A stretch of 64,000 nucleotides of DNA from Vulcanimicrobiales bacterium (GTDB taxonomy: Bacteria; Vulcanimicrobiota; Vulcanimicrobiia; Vulcanimicrobiales; Vulcanimicrobiaceae): the NCBI GenBank assembly GCA_038215615.1, contig JBBQQR010000005.1, positions 66,152 through 130,151 on the forward strand. The letters are read 5' to 3'. The position numbers and the translations under genes are program-made. This document shows positions 19,841 through 30,188 of the stretch, one piece after another. Under the pieces are notes generated by a model. The model did not search any database. It was not told the DNA's origin and saw only the letters and a list, made by a program, of their open reading frames with translations. Position 1 is the stretch's first letter. Each line of letters starts with the position of its first letter.

Positions 19841-20304
19841 TCGCCGTAAGACTTCAATATGCGCGCGATGAGTTCTGTCGTGCTGACGCCTTCAACGTGC
19901 GGAGCGAGTTTGATAACGCCGCCGTGCTGCAGCACCACGTCGCGCTCGGGCAGTTCGTCTTCCCGGTATTGCGAGCTCTTCACGTGCACGTCCGGACGAA
20001 TCTTGTCGAGCAGCACTTCGGGCGTGCGCTCGCTGAAGCCGACGACCGCATCCACGCTGCGCAGCGCGGCCAGCACACGTGCGCGATCCGCAAAAGGTAC
20101 GATCGGCCGCGCCGGTCCCTTGATACGCTTGACCGAGTCGTCCTCGTTCAACCCGACGATCAACGCGTCGCCTTGCTCGCGTGCCCAGGCTAAATACTCG
20201 ACGTGGCCCGCGTGCAAAACGTCGAAACATCCGTTGGTGAAGACGACGCGCCGGCCCGCCGCGCGGTGCTCTTCACGCCACGCGAGGGCGGCATCGAGCG
20301 TCAA
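19837..20304 (-). CDS. rfaE2: D-glycero-beta-D-manno-heptose 1-phosphate adenylyltransferase (HldE domain II)
   Basis: VFTNGCFDVLHAGH, GLN.D.SV, STT. TTG start at 20304 overlaps the upstream stop, with a GGAGAGGA SD. Confidence 0.93.
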   Translation of the reverse strand: MTLDAALAWREEHRAAGRRVVFTNGCFDVLHAGHVEYLAWAREQGDALIVGLNEDDSVKRIKGPARPIVPFADRARVLAALRSVDAVVGFSERTPEVLLDKIRPDVHVKSSQYREDELPERDVVLQHGGVIKLAPHVEGVSTTELIARILKSYGE

Positions 20305-21287
20305 GAGGTCCTCTCCATGAGCGCCACGATCTCGGCGGCGGAAGCCGTCGCCGTTCCCAATTTCTCGACGACCGCGCCGGCGGCAAAATTCGCCAGCTGC
20401 AGTGCCAGTTCGATCGGCGCGCCTGCCGCGAGCCCAAGCGAGAGTACGGCGGTGACCGTATCGCCCGCACCGCTGACATCGTAAACCGTACGCGCAACCG
20501 ACGGAATATGCAGCTTCTCGCCGTCGCGGCCGAGTAGCGACATGCCGTGTTCGCCGCGCGTAATTACGACGTAGCGGCAGCTCAGCTCGCGCAGCAGAGA
20601 TTCGCCGGCGCGCTCGAGCGATGCGTCCGAACGGATCGCGATGCCAGTAGCCTGCTCGGCTTCCTGCGCGTTGGGCGCAACACACGTGACGCCGGCAAAG
20701 AGTTCGAGGTTTTGCGGTTTGGGATCGGCGACGACGATCGGACAGGCGAGCGCCGCTTCGACGAGTTCGCGCGAAAAAAGCCCTTTGGCGTAATCGCTCA
20801 GCACCACCGCGTCGGCGGCGGCCGCCTCACGCGCCACGATCTTGGCGAGCTTCAGACGATCGGCGGCATCGAGCGGAGTGGTCGCCTCCCAATCCGCGCG
20901 CACGACCTGTTGGTTGTGCGCGACGACTCGCGTCTTGCGCGTTGTCGGGCGGTCTGACATCGTCACGAGCCCTTCGCTGCCGATGCCTTCGTCGGCCAGC
21001 AAATCGGTAACGAAATGTGCGAAGGCGTCCGCGCCAACGGCTCCGACGAACGTCACCTGCGCGCCGAGTGCGCGTAAGTTGTTGGCGACGTTCCCCGCGC
21101 CGCCCAGCGTGAACGAGTGGTCGCTGACGGCGACAACGGGCACGGGTGCTTCGGGCGAGATGCGCGAGACGCTGCCCCAAATCCATTCATCGACCATCAC
21201 GTCTCCGACCACGAGCACGCGCCGTTCGCGCATGCGTTCGAAGAGTGTGCGTGCGTCGGGAGGCGCCAGCGGTTGCGTGCGGCTCAT
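20301..21287 (-). CDS. rfaE1: D-glycero-beta-D-manno-heptose-7-phosphate kinase (HldE domain I)
   Basis: GDVMVD, RISPEAPVPV, GGAGNVA, SDYAKG, DVSGAGDT. Confidence 0.95.
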   Translation of the reverse strand: MSRTQPLAPPDARTLFERMRERRVLVVGDVMVDEWIWGSVSRISPEAPVPVVAVSDHSFTLGGAGNVANNLRALGAQVTFVGAVGADAFAHFVTDLLADEGIGSEGLVTMSDRPTTRKTRVVAHNQQVVRADWEATTPLDAADRLKLAKIVAREAAAADAVVLSDYAKGLFSRELVEAALACPIVVADPKPQNLELFAGVTCVAPNAQEAEQATGIAIRSDASLERAGESLLRELSCRYVVITRGEHGMSLLGRDGEKLHIPSVARTVYDVSGAGDTVTAVLSLGLAAGAPIELALQLANFAAGAVVEKLGTATASAAEIVALMERTS

Positions 21288-21299
21288 TATAAGGAAGCT

Positions 21300-21893
21300 T
21301 TAGACCTCGAAGATCATGCGCTGTTCGACGAGATCGCAGACGATGTGCGCCATCGTCTGATGGACCTCTTGCACGATCGCAGAGTATCCGTCGGGGCCGA
21401 GCAGCACTAAATCGGCGGCGCGGCCGGCATCGCCGCCACCGTTACCGGTAAATGCGACCGTTACTGCTTCACGGCGCTTGGCTTCTTCCAGCGCGAGCAC
21501 GATGTTTTTGGAACTTCCGCTCGTGGTCATGGCGATAACGACGTCGCCGGCCTGCACGAATGCTTCCACTTGACGCGCGAAGACGTAATCGTAACCGAAG
21601 TCGTTGCCGATTGCGGTCAGCGCCGACGTATTGACGCTCAGCGCCTCGCTATGGAGTCCGGGCCGCTCGCGCAAAAAGCGTCCGCTCAATTCGGCGGCCA
21701 TGTGCTGGGCCTCCGCCGCGCTGCCGCCGTTTCCCATCCATAAAACTTTGTTGCCGCGGCGCAGCGCTTTCACGATCGCATCGGCAATGGCTTCGACTTG
21801 CGCGCGATAGTGCGGCGCGTCAAGCATACCGTGCCGGTCTGCGATCAGCTCGGCGTAGCCGCGGCGAGCGCGAACGTCTATGGTTCGATCCAA
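21300..21893 (-). CDS. gmhA: Phosphoheptose isomerase
   Basis: [31 protein letters not shown]. Confidence 0.95.
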   Translation of the reverse strand: MDRTIDVRARRGYAELIADRHGMLDAPHYRAQVEAIADAIVKALRRGNKVLWMGNGGSAAEAQHMAAELSGRFLRERPGLHSEALSVNTSALTAIGNDFGYDYVFARQVEAFVQAGDVVIAMTTSGSSKNIVLALEEAKRREAVTVAFTGNGGGDAGRAADLVLLGPDGYSAIVQEVHQTMAHIVCDLVEQRMIFEV

Positions 21894-22309
21894 AAGAGTT
21901 CCTGGCCGAGCGAAACGAGCTCGCCGTTCTCCGGTACGATGCGGCTGACGATGCCGGAATAGTCGCTCGTGATCTCGTTGAACAATTTCATGGCTTCGAG
22001 AATGCAGAGCACCTGCCCGGCTTCGACGCGATCGCCTTCCTTGACGAAAGACTCCGCATCGGGCGCGGCCGAGCGGTAAAAGACGCCCACGAGGGGCGCG
22101 GTCACTTTCTTGACATTGGGCGAAGCGGCCGGCGCCGAAGACGCCGGAGGCGCGCCCGCGGCAGCGGCGGGCCCAAGCGCCGCGACGGGGCCTCCCGGCT
22201 CGCGCCGGACCAACTCGAAAATCGCGTCGCCAACCTTGACTTTGAGCGCGTCGAGATCATTCTCGTGCATGATCTCGAGCAATTCTTTAAGGGTCTGCTG
22301 CTCGTCCAT
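21878..22309 (-). CDS. accB: Acetyl-CoA carboxylase biotin carboxyl carrier protein
   Basis: [19 protein letters not shown] biotinylation motif, Ala/Pro linker. Confidence 0.95.
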   Translation of the reverse strand: MDEQQTLKELLEIMHENDLDALKVKVGDAIFELVRREPGGPVAALGPAAAAGAPPASSAPAASPNVKKVTAPLVGVFYRSAAPDAESFVKEGDRVEAGQVLCILEAMKLFNEITSDYSGIVSRIVPENGELVSLGQELFWIEP

Positions 22310-23577
22310 TACTCCCTCATTTCACCGAGGGCCTCAAGAGTATCTTTTCCGAAGGGTAAGGGGCGGTCCGTGCGCGTCTCCAGGTCGCGTAAAACGATCC
22401 GTCCCTCGGCCAACTCTTGCTCGCCCAGGATGAGCGCATAGCGCGCGTTGTTGCGGTCGGCTAGCTTGAGCTGCGCAAGCAGTTTCCGGTCACCGTAATC
22501 GATAAAGATGGGCCAGCCGCTTGTGCGCCGGAGCGCGGCTACCAAAGGCAGCAGCGCTTGCAGCGCCTGAGCTCCGATCGCGATCGCCTGCACGCCTTCG
22601 CGGCGCGCTTCCCCGCTCGTGCCGGCCGATTCGACCGCCCATAAAAAACGCTCCAGGCCGAACGCGAAACCCACGGCGGGAACATCGGGTCCGCCGAGCG
22701 ATCCGACCAGTCCGTCGTACCGCCCGCCCGCGCAAATCGTATTCTGCGCGCCGAGCGCGTCGGAGCGGAATTCGAAAACGGTGCGCGTGTAATAATCCAA
22801 ACCGCGCACGATCTGTGCGTCGACTTCGTACGCTATGCCGTCCGCATCGAGCACGCGTTTGACGCCATCGAAATGCGCCCGGCATTCCGCGCACAAGAAA
22901 TCTTCGAACGCAGGCGCGCTCGCGACGAGTTCGCGATCTTCAGCCGCCTTGCTGTCCAAAACGCGCAGCGGATTGCGCTCCAACCTGCGCTGGGAGTCCG
23001 CGCTTAGCGAATCGCGGTGCGGCAAAAAATGCGCGCGCAAAGCGTCGCGATATTTCGGCCGGCATTTTTCGTCGCCGATAGAGTTGAGCTTCAGTGTAAC
23101 GCCCGCGATCTTATACGCCTGCAGCAGATCCCACGCCAGCGAGATCACCTCCGCGTCGGCTTCGGGCTGCGCGTAGCCGGCGCACTCGATCCCGAACTGA
23201 TGTGACTGGCGGTAGCGTCCGGCTTGCGGACGCTCGTAACGAAAGATGGGACCAAGATAGTACAGCCGCTGCGGATCTTGGACGAAGAGACCGTGCTGCA
23301 ATGCGGCGCGCACGACGGGCGCCGTCCATTCAGGGCGCAGCGTCATGCTACGGCCGCCCTTGTCGTCGAACGTGTACATTTCTTTTTCGACGATGTCGCT
23401 CGTCTCGCCGACGCCGCGCACGAAAAGCTCGGTCGATTCGAAGATCGGCGTTCGTATCTCCCCGTAGCCGTAGCGCCGCGACAACGTGTGGATGCGCGCC
23501 TCAAGCTCTTGCCAGCGGCCGGACTCCGGCGGAAAAATATCTTGCGTGCCGCGCGGCGCCGCGAGCTTCGAAGGCAT
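22309..23577 (-). CDS. hisS: Histidine--tRNA ligase
   Basis: [39 protein letters not shown]. Confidence 0.97.
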   Translation of the reverse strand: MPSKLAAPRGTQDIFPPESGRWQELEARIHTLSRRYGYGEIRTPIFESTELFVRGVGETSDIVEKEMYTFDDKGGRSMTLRPEWTAPVVRAALQHGLFVQDPQRLYYLGPIFRYERPQAGRYRQSHQFGIECAGYAQPEADAEVISLAWDLLQAYKIAGVTLKLNSIGDEKCRPKYRDALRAHFLPHRDSLSADSQRRLERNPLRVLDSKAAEDRELVASAPAFEDFLCAECRAHFDGVKRVLDADGIAYEVDAQIVRGLDYYTRTVFEFRSDALGAQNTICAGGRYDGLVGSLGGPDVPAVGFAFGLERFLWAVESAGTSGEARREGVQAIAIGAQALQALLPLVAALRRTSGWPIFIDYGDRKLLAQLKLADRNNARYALILGEQELAEGRIVLRDLETRTDRPLPFGKDTLEALGEMRE

Positions 23578-23651
23578 GGCGCAGTCTTTAAAAGGCGCTC
23601 GGGCCGGACCTGCCCCTAGCGTGAGGCGCCGCAGAACGTGATTGGAGAATC

Positions 23652-24718
23652 GTGGTCAGCGTGATTCTCGTCAATGCCGCGGCGATTTTGCTTGAAAGCG
23701 CGCCGTTCATTCTCGCAGGAGCAATCTGCGCGCGGATTCCACAGCGCTTCGGCCGGACGATCGTTCCCTACTTGGGCTGTGGATGCGGGCCCGGACTTTA
23801 GCGCGCTCGCTTCCCGCGTTTGCCGCCGCGTGGATCGTTTTCGGTCCACTTGTCGCCGGCGCCCGGCTAGGCGCGGCGATCGCATTTCAAAAGCTCGCCG
23901 GCAGAAACCGCTGCGCTGGTCATGGCGATTCCGTGCTGGGCGAACTTCGAGCAATCGTGCCCTTCGCGTTGGGCGGAGCCGCGCTGCTTCCGCTGCTGCC
24001 GGCGATTGCGGGCCTGCATCTTCCGATGGCCGCGATCGCTGCAGCTGCTGCAGTTACCGCCTTCGCCACGTCGCCGTGCGCCCTCGGCACGATCGGCATC
24101 GCCGGGATCGCGCGCGGGGTCGCACCCGCCGCCGCGGCCGGATTTCTGTGCGTTGCCGGCATCTTCGATCTTCGCGCATGGTCGCGCAGCGCGGAGCCGC
24201 CCGCGAGCCACGATTGCATCGCGTATGTCCTCACGTTCGTCGCGTGCTCGCTCGCGGCGGTTCGCGGCGGCGGTTCGCTGGTCAACCCGAGGTTCACACC
24301 GGCGCTCTGGATCTGTGCGATTGCATGCGCCTATCTCGCGCACCGGTACCGGGCGCATGCACGACCGGCATTGCGAATCGGACCGGCGATCATGCTTGCC
24401 GGCTGCGTTCTCGGTGCGCCTGTGCCGGTCTACTATGCAACGCAAACCACGCTCGCCGGCGCGTTTCCCGGCGAACGGATCGATTTCACCGGCGCCGTGG
24501 TCCGGTCCGAAAAAGAAACCGCGCTGGTGCGCTACGCAATCACCTGCTGCCGCGCCGATGCCGCGCCAATCTCGATTCGTTTGGATTCATCTGCCGCCGT
24601 TGGGTCGGGCTGGGCGCGCGCGCGCGGCACGCTCGTGCTGCGAAATGGAGAACTGCGCTTGCACGCCGGAAAGATCGAAGCGGTCCCGGCGCCCGCCGAT
24701 CCTTTTGTCTACCGCTAA
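23652..24718 (+). pseudogene. Membrane protein with a DUF318 permease-like N-terminus and DUF1980-like C-terminus, interrupted by one -1 frameshift near 23797 (pseudogene or assembly error)
   Basis: GGAG SD plus GTG 23652 give VVSVILVNAAAILLESAPFILAGA...YLGCGCGPGL*. The -1 frame continues ARSLPA...RYAITCCRADA...DPFVYR*. Confidence 0.65.
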
Positions 24719-25107
24719 GTGCGAACGCGCGCTTCCAGCAGCTCGACGGGGATGCCGTTGGGATCTTCCACAAAGGCGAGTGCGCCCGCTCCGCTCGGCG
24801 ATTTCTTCACGTCTTTGACGATCTTCACACCTTGTTCTCGCAGTCGCGCAATGAAAGGTTCCAGCTTCCCATCGATCTCGAGCGCGAGGTGCTCGTAACG
24901 GTTACCGACTTCATACGGCGGGTGATCCTCGAGGTCGTAGACGAGCTCGATGTACGCGTGCCAGTCGTTTCCGACAAACGCCATGTCCGCGTTGCCCGGG
25001 TAGTGCAGCGGGCCTTCGAGCAGCTTCAGCCCGAGCGTCTTGGTGTAGAAATCGATCGACTCTTGCATGTCGTTAACGAAGATCGATGTATGCAGGTAAC
25101 GTGCCAT
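24715..25107 (-). CDS. VOC family protein (lactoylglutathione lyase-like)
   Basis: YLHT, FY...LG, IEL, HLAL, FVEDPNG..VELLE. ATG at 25107. Confidence 0.88.
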   Translation of the reverse strand: MARYLHTSIFVNDMQESIDFYTKTLGLKLLEGPLHYPGNADMAFVGNDWHAYIELVYDLEDHPPYEVGNRYEHLALEIDGKLEPFIARLREQGVKIVKDVKKSPSGAGALAFVEDPNGIPVELLEARVRT

Positions 25108-25117
25108 TCCAATTCTC

Positions 25118-26632
25118 CTAATGCAAAAAATAGCGGTGGCTGGAAAAGACGAGCGCGACGCCGGCGCGATCGGCGGCCGCAATCACTTCGGAGTCGCGAA
25201 TCGAACCGCCCGGCGCGATGATCGCCGTGCAGCCGGCTTCGGCCGCCGCTTCGAGACCATCGGCGAACGGGAAAAATCCGTCGCTGGCGCAGGCGGCGCC
25301 GCGCGCGCGTTCGCCGGCGCGCATTCCTGCGATCTGCACCGCGCTCACACGATTGGTTTGACCGGCACAAATGCCGCGCGTGACGCCATCCTTCACGATG
25401 ACAACGCCGTTGCTCTTGACATGACGCACGACGTCCCAGGCGAACGCCAAATCGTGCCATTCTTGTTCGCGCGGACGGCGCGTGCTGACCACTTTCCACG
25501 ACTCGGGCGCAAACGCGGGATCTTCCTGTTCGGCGAGCACGCCGCCGAGCGCACTGCGCAACTGCGGTCCGCGCTGCAACGCATCGGGCACCTCCGGCGC
25601 ATAACGCATGATGCGCAGGTTCTTCTTTTTTTTCAGCAGCTCCAGCGCATCGGGAGCGAAATCCGGACCCGCAACGATCTCCAGAAAAAACGGCGCGATC
25701 GTTTTTGCGGCAGCTGCATCGATCGCGCGATCCGCAGCCAGGATTCCGCCGTATGCGGAGACCGGATCGGCCGCCAGCGCTTCTCCGACGGCCTTGTCGA
25801 CGCTCGAACGCTGCGCCACGCCGCAGGGCACGGTATGCTTGACGATCGCGGCGCGCGCGAAGCGCTCGCGCTCCGAACCGAACTCCGCGCCGAGCGGCGC
25901 GCGCGAAAGCAGCCGCAGCGTCGCATCGAGGTCGAGCAGATTATTATAGCTCAGCGCTTTGCCGTGCAGCTGTTCGGGAACGCGCGAAGATTCCAGATAA
26001 AATGCGGCGCGCAGCTGCGGATTCTCACCGTAGCGAAGCTGCTGCGCGAGCGGCATGGCCACAGTCAGCGCTCCGGGTAGTTCCGCGTGCGACGATCCAG
26101 TCTGCCCTCCCAGCTGACGCGCGATAGCCCCATCGTACGCTGCCGTGATCTCAAACGCGCGCACCGCCCACCGTTTGCGCGCGGCTTTATCGGGCCCGCC
26201 GTTCTGCAGCTTGGCGAGGAATTCGGAGTACTGCGACGGGTCGCTCAGCACGGTGACGTGCGCGTAATTCTTGGCGGCGGCCCGCAAAAGCGCGACCCCG
26301 CCGATGTCGATCTCCGGAAGCGGATAGAGATTAACGACGATCGTTGAAAAGGTGTGAATTGCATACGTGCGAGCCTGCGCGAGATGCGAGTCATCATCGC
26401 GGTCGAACAGAATCGCGCCGAGAATTTTTGGATGCAGCGTTTTTACGCGGCCGCTGAAGAGCGGCGGAAAGCCCGTGATTTCCTCGACGTCGCGCGAAGC
26501 AACCCCGTCAGCGCTTAGCGCGTCGCGCGTGCCGCCGGTCGCGTAGATTTCGTGGCCGCGCTCGGCAAGCGCGCGCGCTACTTCGGCGGCGCCGGTGCGG
26601 TCGGAAAGCGAGAAGAGCGCAGCTTCAGGCAA
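25118..26632 (-). CDS. purH: Bifunctional AICAR transformylase/IMP cyclohydrolase
   Basis: GRVKTLHP, IDIGG, RAAAKN, LRYGENP, SYNN, ASDGFFPF, PGGSIRD. Confidence 0.96.
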   Translation of the reverse strand: MPEAALFSLSDRTGAAEVARALAERGHEIYATGGTRDALSADGVASRDVEEITGFPPLFSGRVKTLHPKILGAILFDRDDDSHLAQARTYAIHTFSTIVVNLYPLPEIDIGGVALLRAAAKNYAHVTVLSDPSQYSEFLAKLQNGGPDKAARKRWAVRAFEITAAYDGAIARQLGGQTGSSHAELPGALTVAMPLAQQLRYGENPQLRAAFYLESSRVPEQLHGKALSYNNLLDLDATLRLLSRAPLGAEFGSERERFARAAIVKHTVPCGVAQRSSVDKAVGEALAADPVSAYGGILAADRAIDAAAAKTIAPFFLEIVAGPDFAPDALELLKKKKNLRIMRYAPEVPDALQRGPQLRSALGGVLAEQEDPAFAPESWKVVSTRRPREQEWHDLAFAWDVVRHVKSNGVVIVKDGVTRGICAGQTNRVSAVQIAGMRAGERARGAACASDGFFPFADGLEAAAEAGCTAIIAPGGSIRDSEVIAAADRAGVALVFSSHRYFLH

Positions 26633-29600
26633 TGGCGGCCTCCGCCGGCCGCTCCTCTTCGCGCAGTTCCGCCGAAACGATCGAGCTGATTCCCGCTTCG
26701 CGCATCGTCACGCCATAGAGCCGGTCGGCAAGTTCCATCGTCTGTTTGTTATGCGTCACGATGACCATCTGCGACTCCGACGCGAGTTCGCGCACCATCT
26801 TTGAGAAACGTTCGACGTTCGCGTCATCCAATGCGGCATCGACTTCGTCGAGCAGATAGAACGGCGACGGCCGCACTTTGATGAGCGCGAAGATGAGCGC
26901 CGCGGCGGTGAGCGCGCGTTCCCCGCCCGAAAGCGCGGCCAGCGGCATCAGTTTTTTGCCCGGCGGCTGCACGGAAATTTCGATGCCCGTCTCCGAAAGG
27001 TTCTCCGGATTGGTCTGCCACATGCGCGCTTCGCCACCGCCGATGAGCCGCGCGTACATTTCGGTGAACGCGGCCGCGACCAGTTCGAACGTTTCGTTGA
27101 ACTGCGCCTGCGTCAGCTGCTCGATCTCGGAAATCGACTGGAGCAGCGTCTCGCGCGCTTTCGCTAAGTCGTCCATCTGCGCGCGCAGGAACTGCTCGCG
27201 CTGCGCCAGCTCTTCGCGGTCGGCCTCGGCGTTGAGATTCACGTTGGAGAGACGCGCCAAATCTTCGCGCAGCCGCGGAAGATCGACGGCGATTTCGTCG
27301 GGCTCTTCTTTGTACCGCTCTTCGACTTCGCGGCACTCTTCGTCGGTCGCGGGATTTTGCGCGAACTGCGAGACGAGCATGCCCAGCTCGGCTTCGATTT
27401 CCGCCAAGCGCGTGCGGTGCTGTTCGCCGCCCGCAGCGATATCGCGTTCTTCGAGTTCCGCCGTGCGCAGGTCCGATTCCAACTGGGTCACGCGATTCGA
27501 CATCGTTTCGCGGTCGCGCCGCGCCGCTTCGAAGGCCGCATCGGTTTCGCCAACCGCGGCCCGCAGCGTTTCCAATTGCGCCGCCGCGTTTTGCACTTGA
27601 TCGTTCAGGCTCGCGATGTCCGCGTGCATCTGATCGCGAGCGGTACGCGAGCGCTCGACGTTCGCATCGATGATGCCCAGGCGCGCTTTGGCGGCATCGC
27701 GTTCGGCGCCCAGCGCCGCGTGACGTTCGCGCAGATCGCCGGCCGCGCCCGCGGCGCGTGCCTGCGATTCCTCCGCCTGTGAAATCCGCTCGCGCGCTTC
27801 GCGCAGACGGCCTTCTAAGCGCGCGCGTTCGGCGTCGTCGCTTTCCTCCGGCGCCTTCTCGAAATCGCGTTCGCGCGTGCGCGCGCTGTTCGCCGCCAAC
27901 TGCATCTGCGCGATGCGCGCCTGCGCGGCTTCGAATTCCTTTTGCATGCGCTCGACTTCGGCTGCCGCCGACGCCATCTCGCCGCGCACTTCGGCCAGCG
28001 ACAACTCGGTCCGCGTGAAGAACTCGCGCGTGGTATCGCGCCCTTCGATCGCCTTGACCGAGTGGTTGGCGGCGCGCTCGAGCTGTGCCTCGACTTCGAG
28101 CAGATGCGCGCGCATCTCGTTCAGCCGTTCGCGCAGCGTCTGCGCCTGCGCGCGCCGCGACAGAATCGAACGCTCGCGTTTGTAGCGGCCGCCGGTAATC
28201 GCGCCGCCGCCCGCAATCTGCTCCCCCGAAAGGGTGACGATGGTATCGCGGAAGCCGCGGTTGCGCACCAGATCGATGCCCGTTTTGAGCGTATCCACCA
28301 CGAGCACGCTTCCCACCAGGTAGCGCACGATGCTTTCGTATTTGGCCTGCGTACGGACCAGGGTGTGCGCGTAGCCGATGATGCCCGGTGCGCCGCGCAA
28401 ATCGGCGCCCACTTCGCGACCCGTGCGGCTCTGCAGCGTGTCGAGTGGAAGAAACGTCGCGCGGCCGACTTCCTTGACGTTGAGGAAATCGATGGCGCGC
28501 TCGGCGTCTTCGGATGTCTGCATAATGATGTTGGAGAGCCGAGCGCCAAATGCCACGTCCATCGCGCGCGCGTAGCGTTCATCGATCTCGATGACGTTGC
28601 TGACGACGCCTTCGATGCCGCGCAGTTCGCCGCGCTGCCAGGCCTCAACGACGGCGCGCGTGCCGGGCACGTGCCCTTCCATCGCGTTTTCGAGCTCTTC
28701 AATTGTATGCAGGCGAGATTGCGCGGCCGCGACCTCGCTGGAGTACTCGCGATGCTCGGTCTGCGCGCGGGTTAAATCAGTTTGCGCCGCGACCGCCAAC
28801 TTTTCGGCGTCTTCGATGCGCCCGCGCGCGTCGACGAGTTGCGTTTCGAGCACGCTCAGCCGCGCCTCGCGCTGGCCGTACCGGTGCGTAGCTCCCCCGG
28901 CGGCGATTTGTAACTTCTCGGACGCGTCGTGCGCCGCGCGCAGCTCGTTTTCGAGCCGTTCGCTTTCGGCGCGCGCGCTTTGGTATTGCGCGCGGCGTTC
29001 GGCTTTGCGCTCCGCGCTCGCGGAAGCCGCCGCCTCGACTTCGCGCAGCTTCGTGAAAATCTCGTCGAGCTCGCCGCGCGCTTGCGAAAGTGCGGTTTGC
29101 GCTGCCAGTTCGCTCTCGCGGGCCCCTTCGAGCTCGGTCTGCAGCGGTCCAATCCGCGCATCCAAACTCGCGAGGGTGGCTTCGAGCCCTTCGCGTTCTT
29201 CGCGCACGCGCGCCGCGTCTTCGGACGTTTGCGTATCTTGCGCTTGCAGTGCCTCGCGCCGCGCCTGCGCCGCGGCATACTCCGCCTCCAAACGCGAAAG
29301 ATCCGCGCGCACGGTTTGCGTTTTTGTGCGCAAGTCTTCGAGTGTCAGCTCTTGGCGGTATGCGGCCGTGCGGGCTTGCGCGAGCTGGGCTCCCAGCGAC
29401 GCCGCTTTGGCTGCGCCGGCCCCGCGCAGCTCTTCGTTGCGCTCGAGTTCGCCCTTGAGATGCTCGCGCTCCGCGCGGCGCGACACGCTCGCGCGGATGT
29501 AGGAGAGAATTTCGAGGTCGCGTACGCGAGCGCTCAGCTTGCGGTAGCGTTTGGCACGCCGCACCTGCGTATCGAGCTCGGGAATGCGCCGTTCGAGCTC

Positions 29601-30188
29601 GACGATCAGATCGTTGATGCGGATTGCGTTCTGTTCGGTTTGTTCGAGTCTGCGCAGCGACTCGTTCTTGCGCGCCAAAAATTTCGCGATGCCGGCAGTT
29701 TCCTCAAAGAGCGCGCGACGGTCGCTGGGTTTACTGGTAAGGATCGCGTCGATCTGCCCCTGCGAAACGATCGAGTAGCTTCCCGGCCCCAGCCCGGTGC
29801 CCATCAGCAGATCGTGCACGTCGCGCAACCGCACCTGATTGCGGTTGATGTAGTACTCGATCTCGCCCGCGCGGTACGCCCGGCGCGCGATCTCGACCTC
29901 GGTGAAGTCGATCGGCAAACGGCCATCGCTGTTGTCGAACGTGATCGTTACTTCGGCCAAGCCCAGCGGTTTGCGTTTCTCGTTGCCCGCGAAGATCACG
30001 TCTTCCATCTTGCCCGAGCGCAAGCTCTTGCTGCTCTGCTCGCCGAGTCCCCAGCGGAAGGCGTCGATCAGATTGGATTTTCCGGAGCCGTTGGGGCCGA
30101 CGACGGCGGTGATGCCGCCCCCGAATTCGAGCGTTGTGGGATCGGCGAATGTCTTAAAGCCGAAAGTTTTTATGCTCTTGAGTTTTAT
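26625..30188 (-). CDS. smc: Chromosome segregation protein SMC (1187 aa from a probable ATA start)
   Basis: The frame extends 55 codons upstream of the track start, giving (I/M)KLKSIKTFGFKTFA...VGPNGSGKSN (Walker A). Hinge G.ATFLPL, LSGGE and LLDEVDAALD are present. Confidence 0.95.
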   Translation of the reverse strand: MKLKSIKTFGFKTFADPTTLEFGGGITAVVGPNGSGKSNLIDAFRWGLGEQSSKSLRSGKMEDVIFAGNEKRKPLGLAEVTITFDNSDGRLPIDFTEVEIARRAYRAGEIEYYINRNQVRLRDVHDLLMGTGLGPGSYSIVSQGQIDAILTSKPSDRRALFEETAGIAKFLARKNESLRRLEQTEQNAIRINDLIVELERRIPELDTQVRRAKRYRKLSARVRDLEILSYIRASVSRRAEREHLKGELERNEELRGAGAAKAASLGAQLAQARTAAYRQELTLEDLRTKTQTVRADLSRLEAEYAAAQARREALQAQDTQTSEDAARVREEREGLEATLASLDARIGPLQTELEGARESELAAQTALSQARGELDEIFTKLREVEAAASASAERKAERRAQYQSARAESERLENELRAAHDASEKLQIAAGGATHRYGQREARLSVLETQLVDARGRIEDAEKLAVAAQTDLTRAQTEHREYSSEVAAAQSRLHTIEELENAMEGHVPGTRAVVEAWQRGELRGIEGVVSNVIEIDERYARAMDVAFGARLSNIIMQTSEDAERAIDFLNVKEVGRATFLPLDTLQSRTGREVGADLRGAPGIIGYAHTLVRTQAKYESIVRYLVGSVLVVDTLKTGIDLVRNRGFRDTIVTLSGEQIAGGGAITGGRYKRERSILSRRAQAQTLRERLNEMRAHLLEVEAQLERAANHSVKAIEGRDTTREFFTRTELSLAEVRGEMASAAAEVERMQKEFEAAQARIAQMQLAANSARTRERDFEKAPEESDDAERARLEGRLREARERISQAEESQARAAGAAGDLRERHAALGAERDAAKARLGIIDANVERSRTARDQMHADIASLNDQVQNAAAQLETLRAAVGETDAAFEAARRDRETMSNRVTQLESDLRTAELEERDIAAGGEQHRTRLAEIEAELGMLVSQFAQNPATDEECREVEERYKEEPDEIAVDLPRLREDLARLSNVNLNAEADREELAQREQFLRAQMDDLAKARETLLQSISEIEQLTQAQFNETFELVAAAFTEMYARLIGGGEARMWQTNPENLSETGIEISVQPPGKKLMPLAALSGGERALTAAALIFALIKVRPSPFYLLDEVDAALDDANVERFSKMVRELASESQMVIVTHNKQTMELADRLYGVTMREAGISSIVSAELREEERPAEAAIA

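Noticed and set aside
21284..21292. TATAAT just before rfaE1 as a promoter
   Set aside because: It overlaps the start codon itself and has no -35, so it cannot drive this gene
23674..25221. 515-aa plus-strand ORF
   Set aside because: Arg-rich shadow frame overlapping the permease-like and VOC genes, with no motifs; typical of high-GC DNA
26900..29500. Repetitive GCGC-rich tracts in smc as DNA repeats
   Set aside because: They reflect Ala/Glu/Arg coiled-coil coding, not repeat elements
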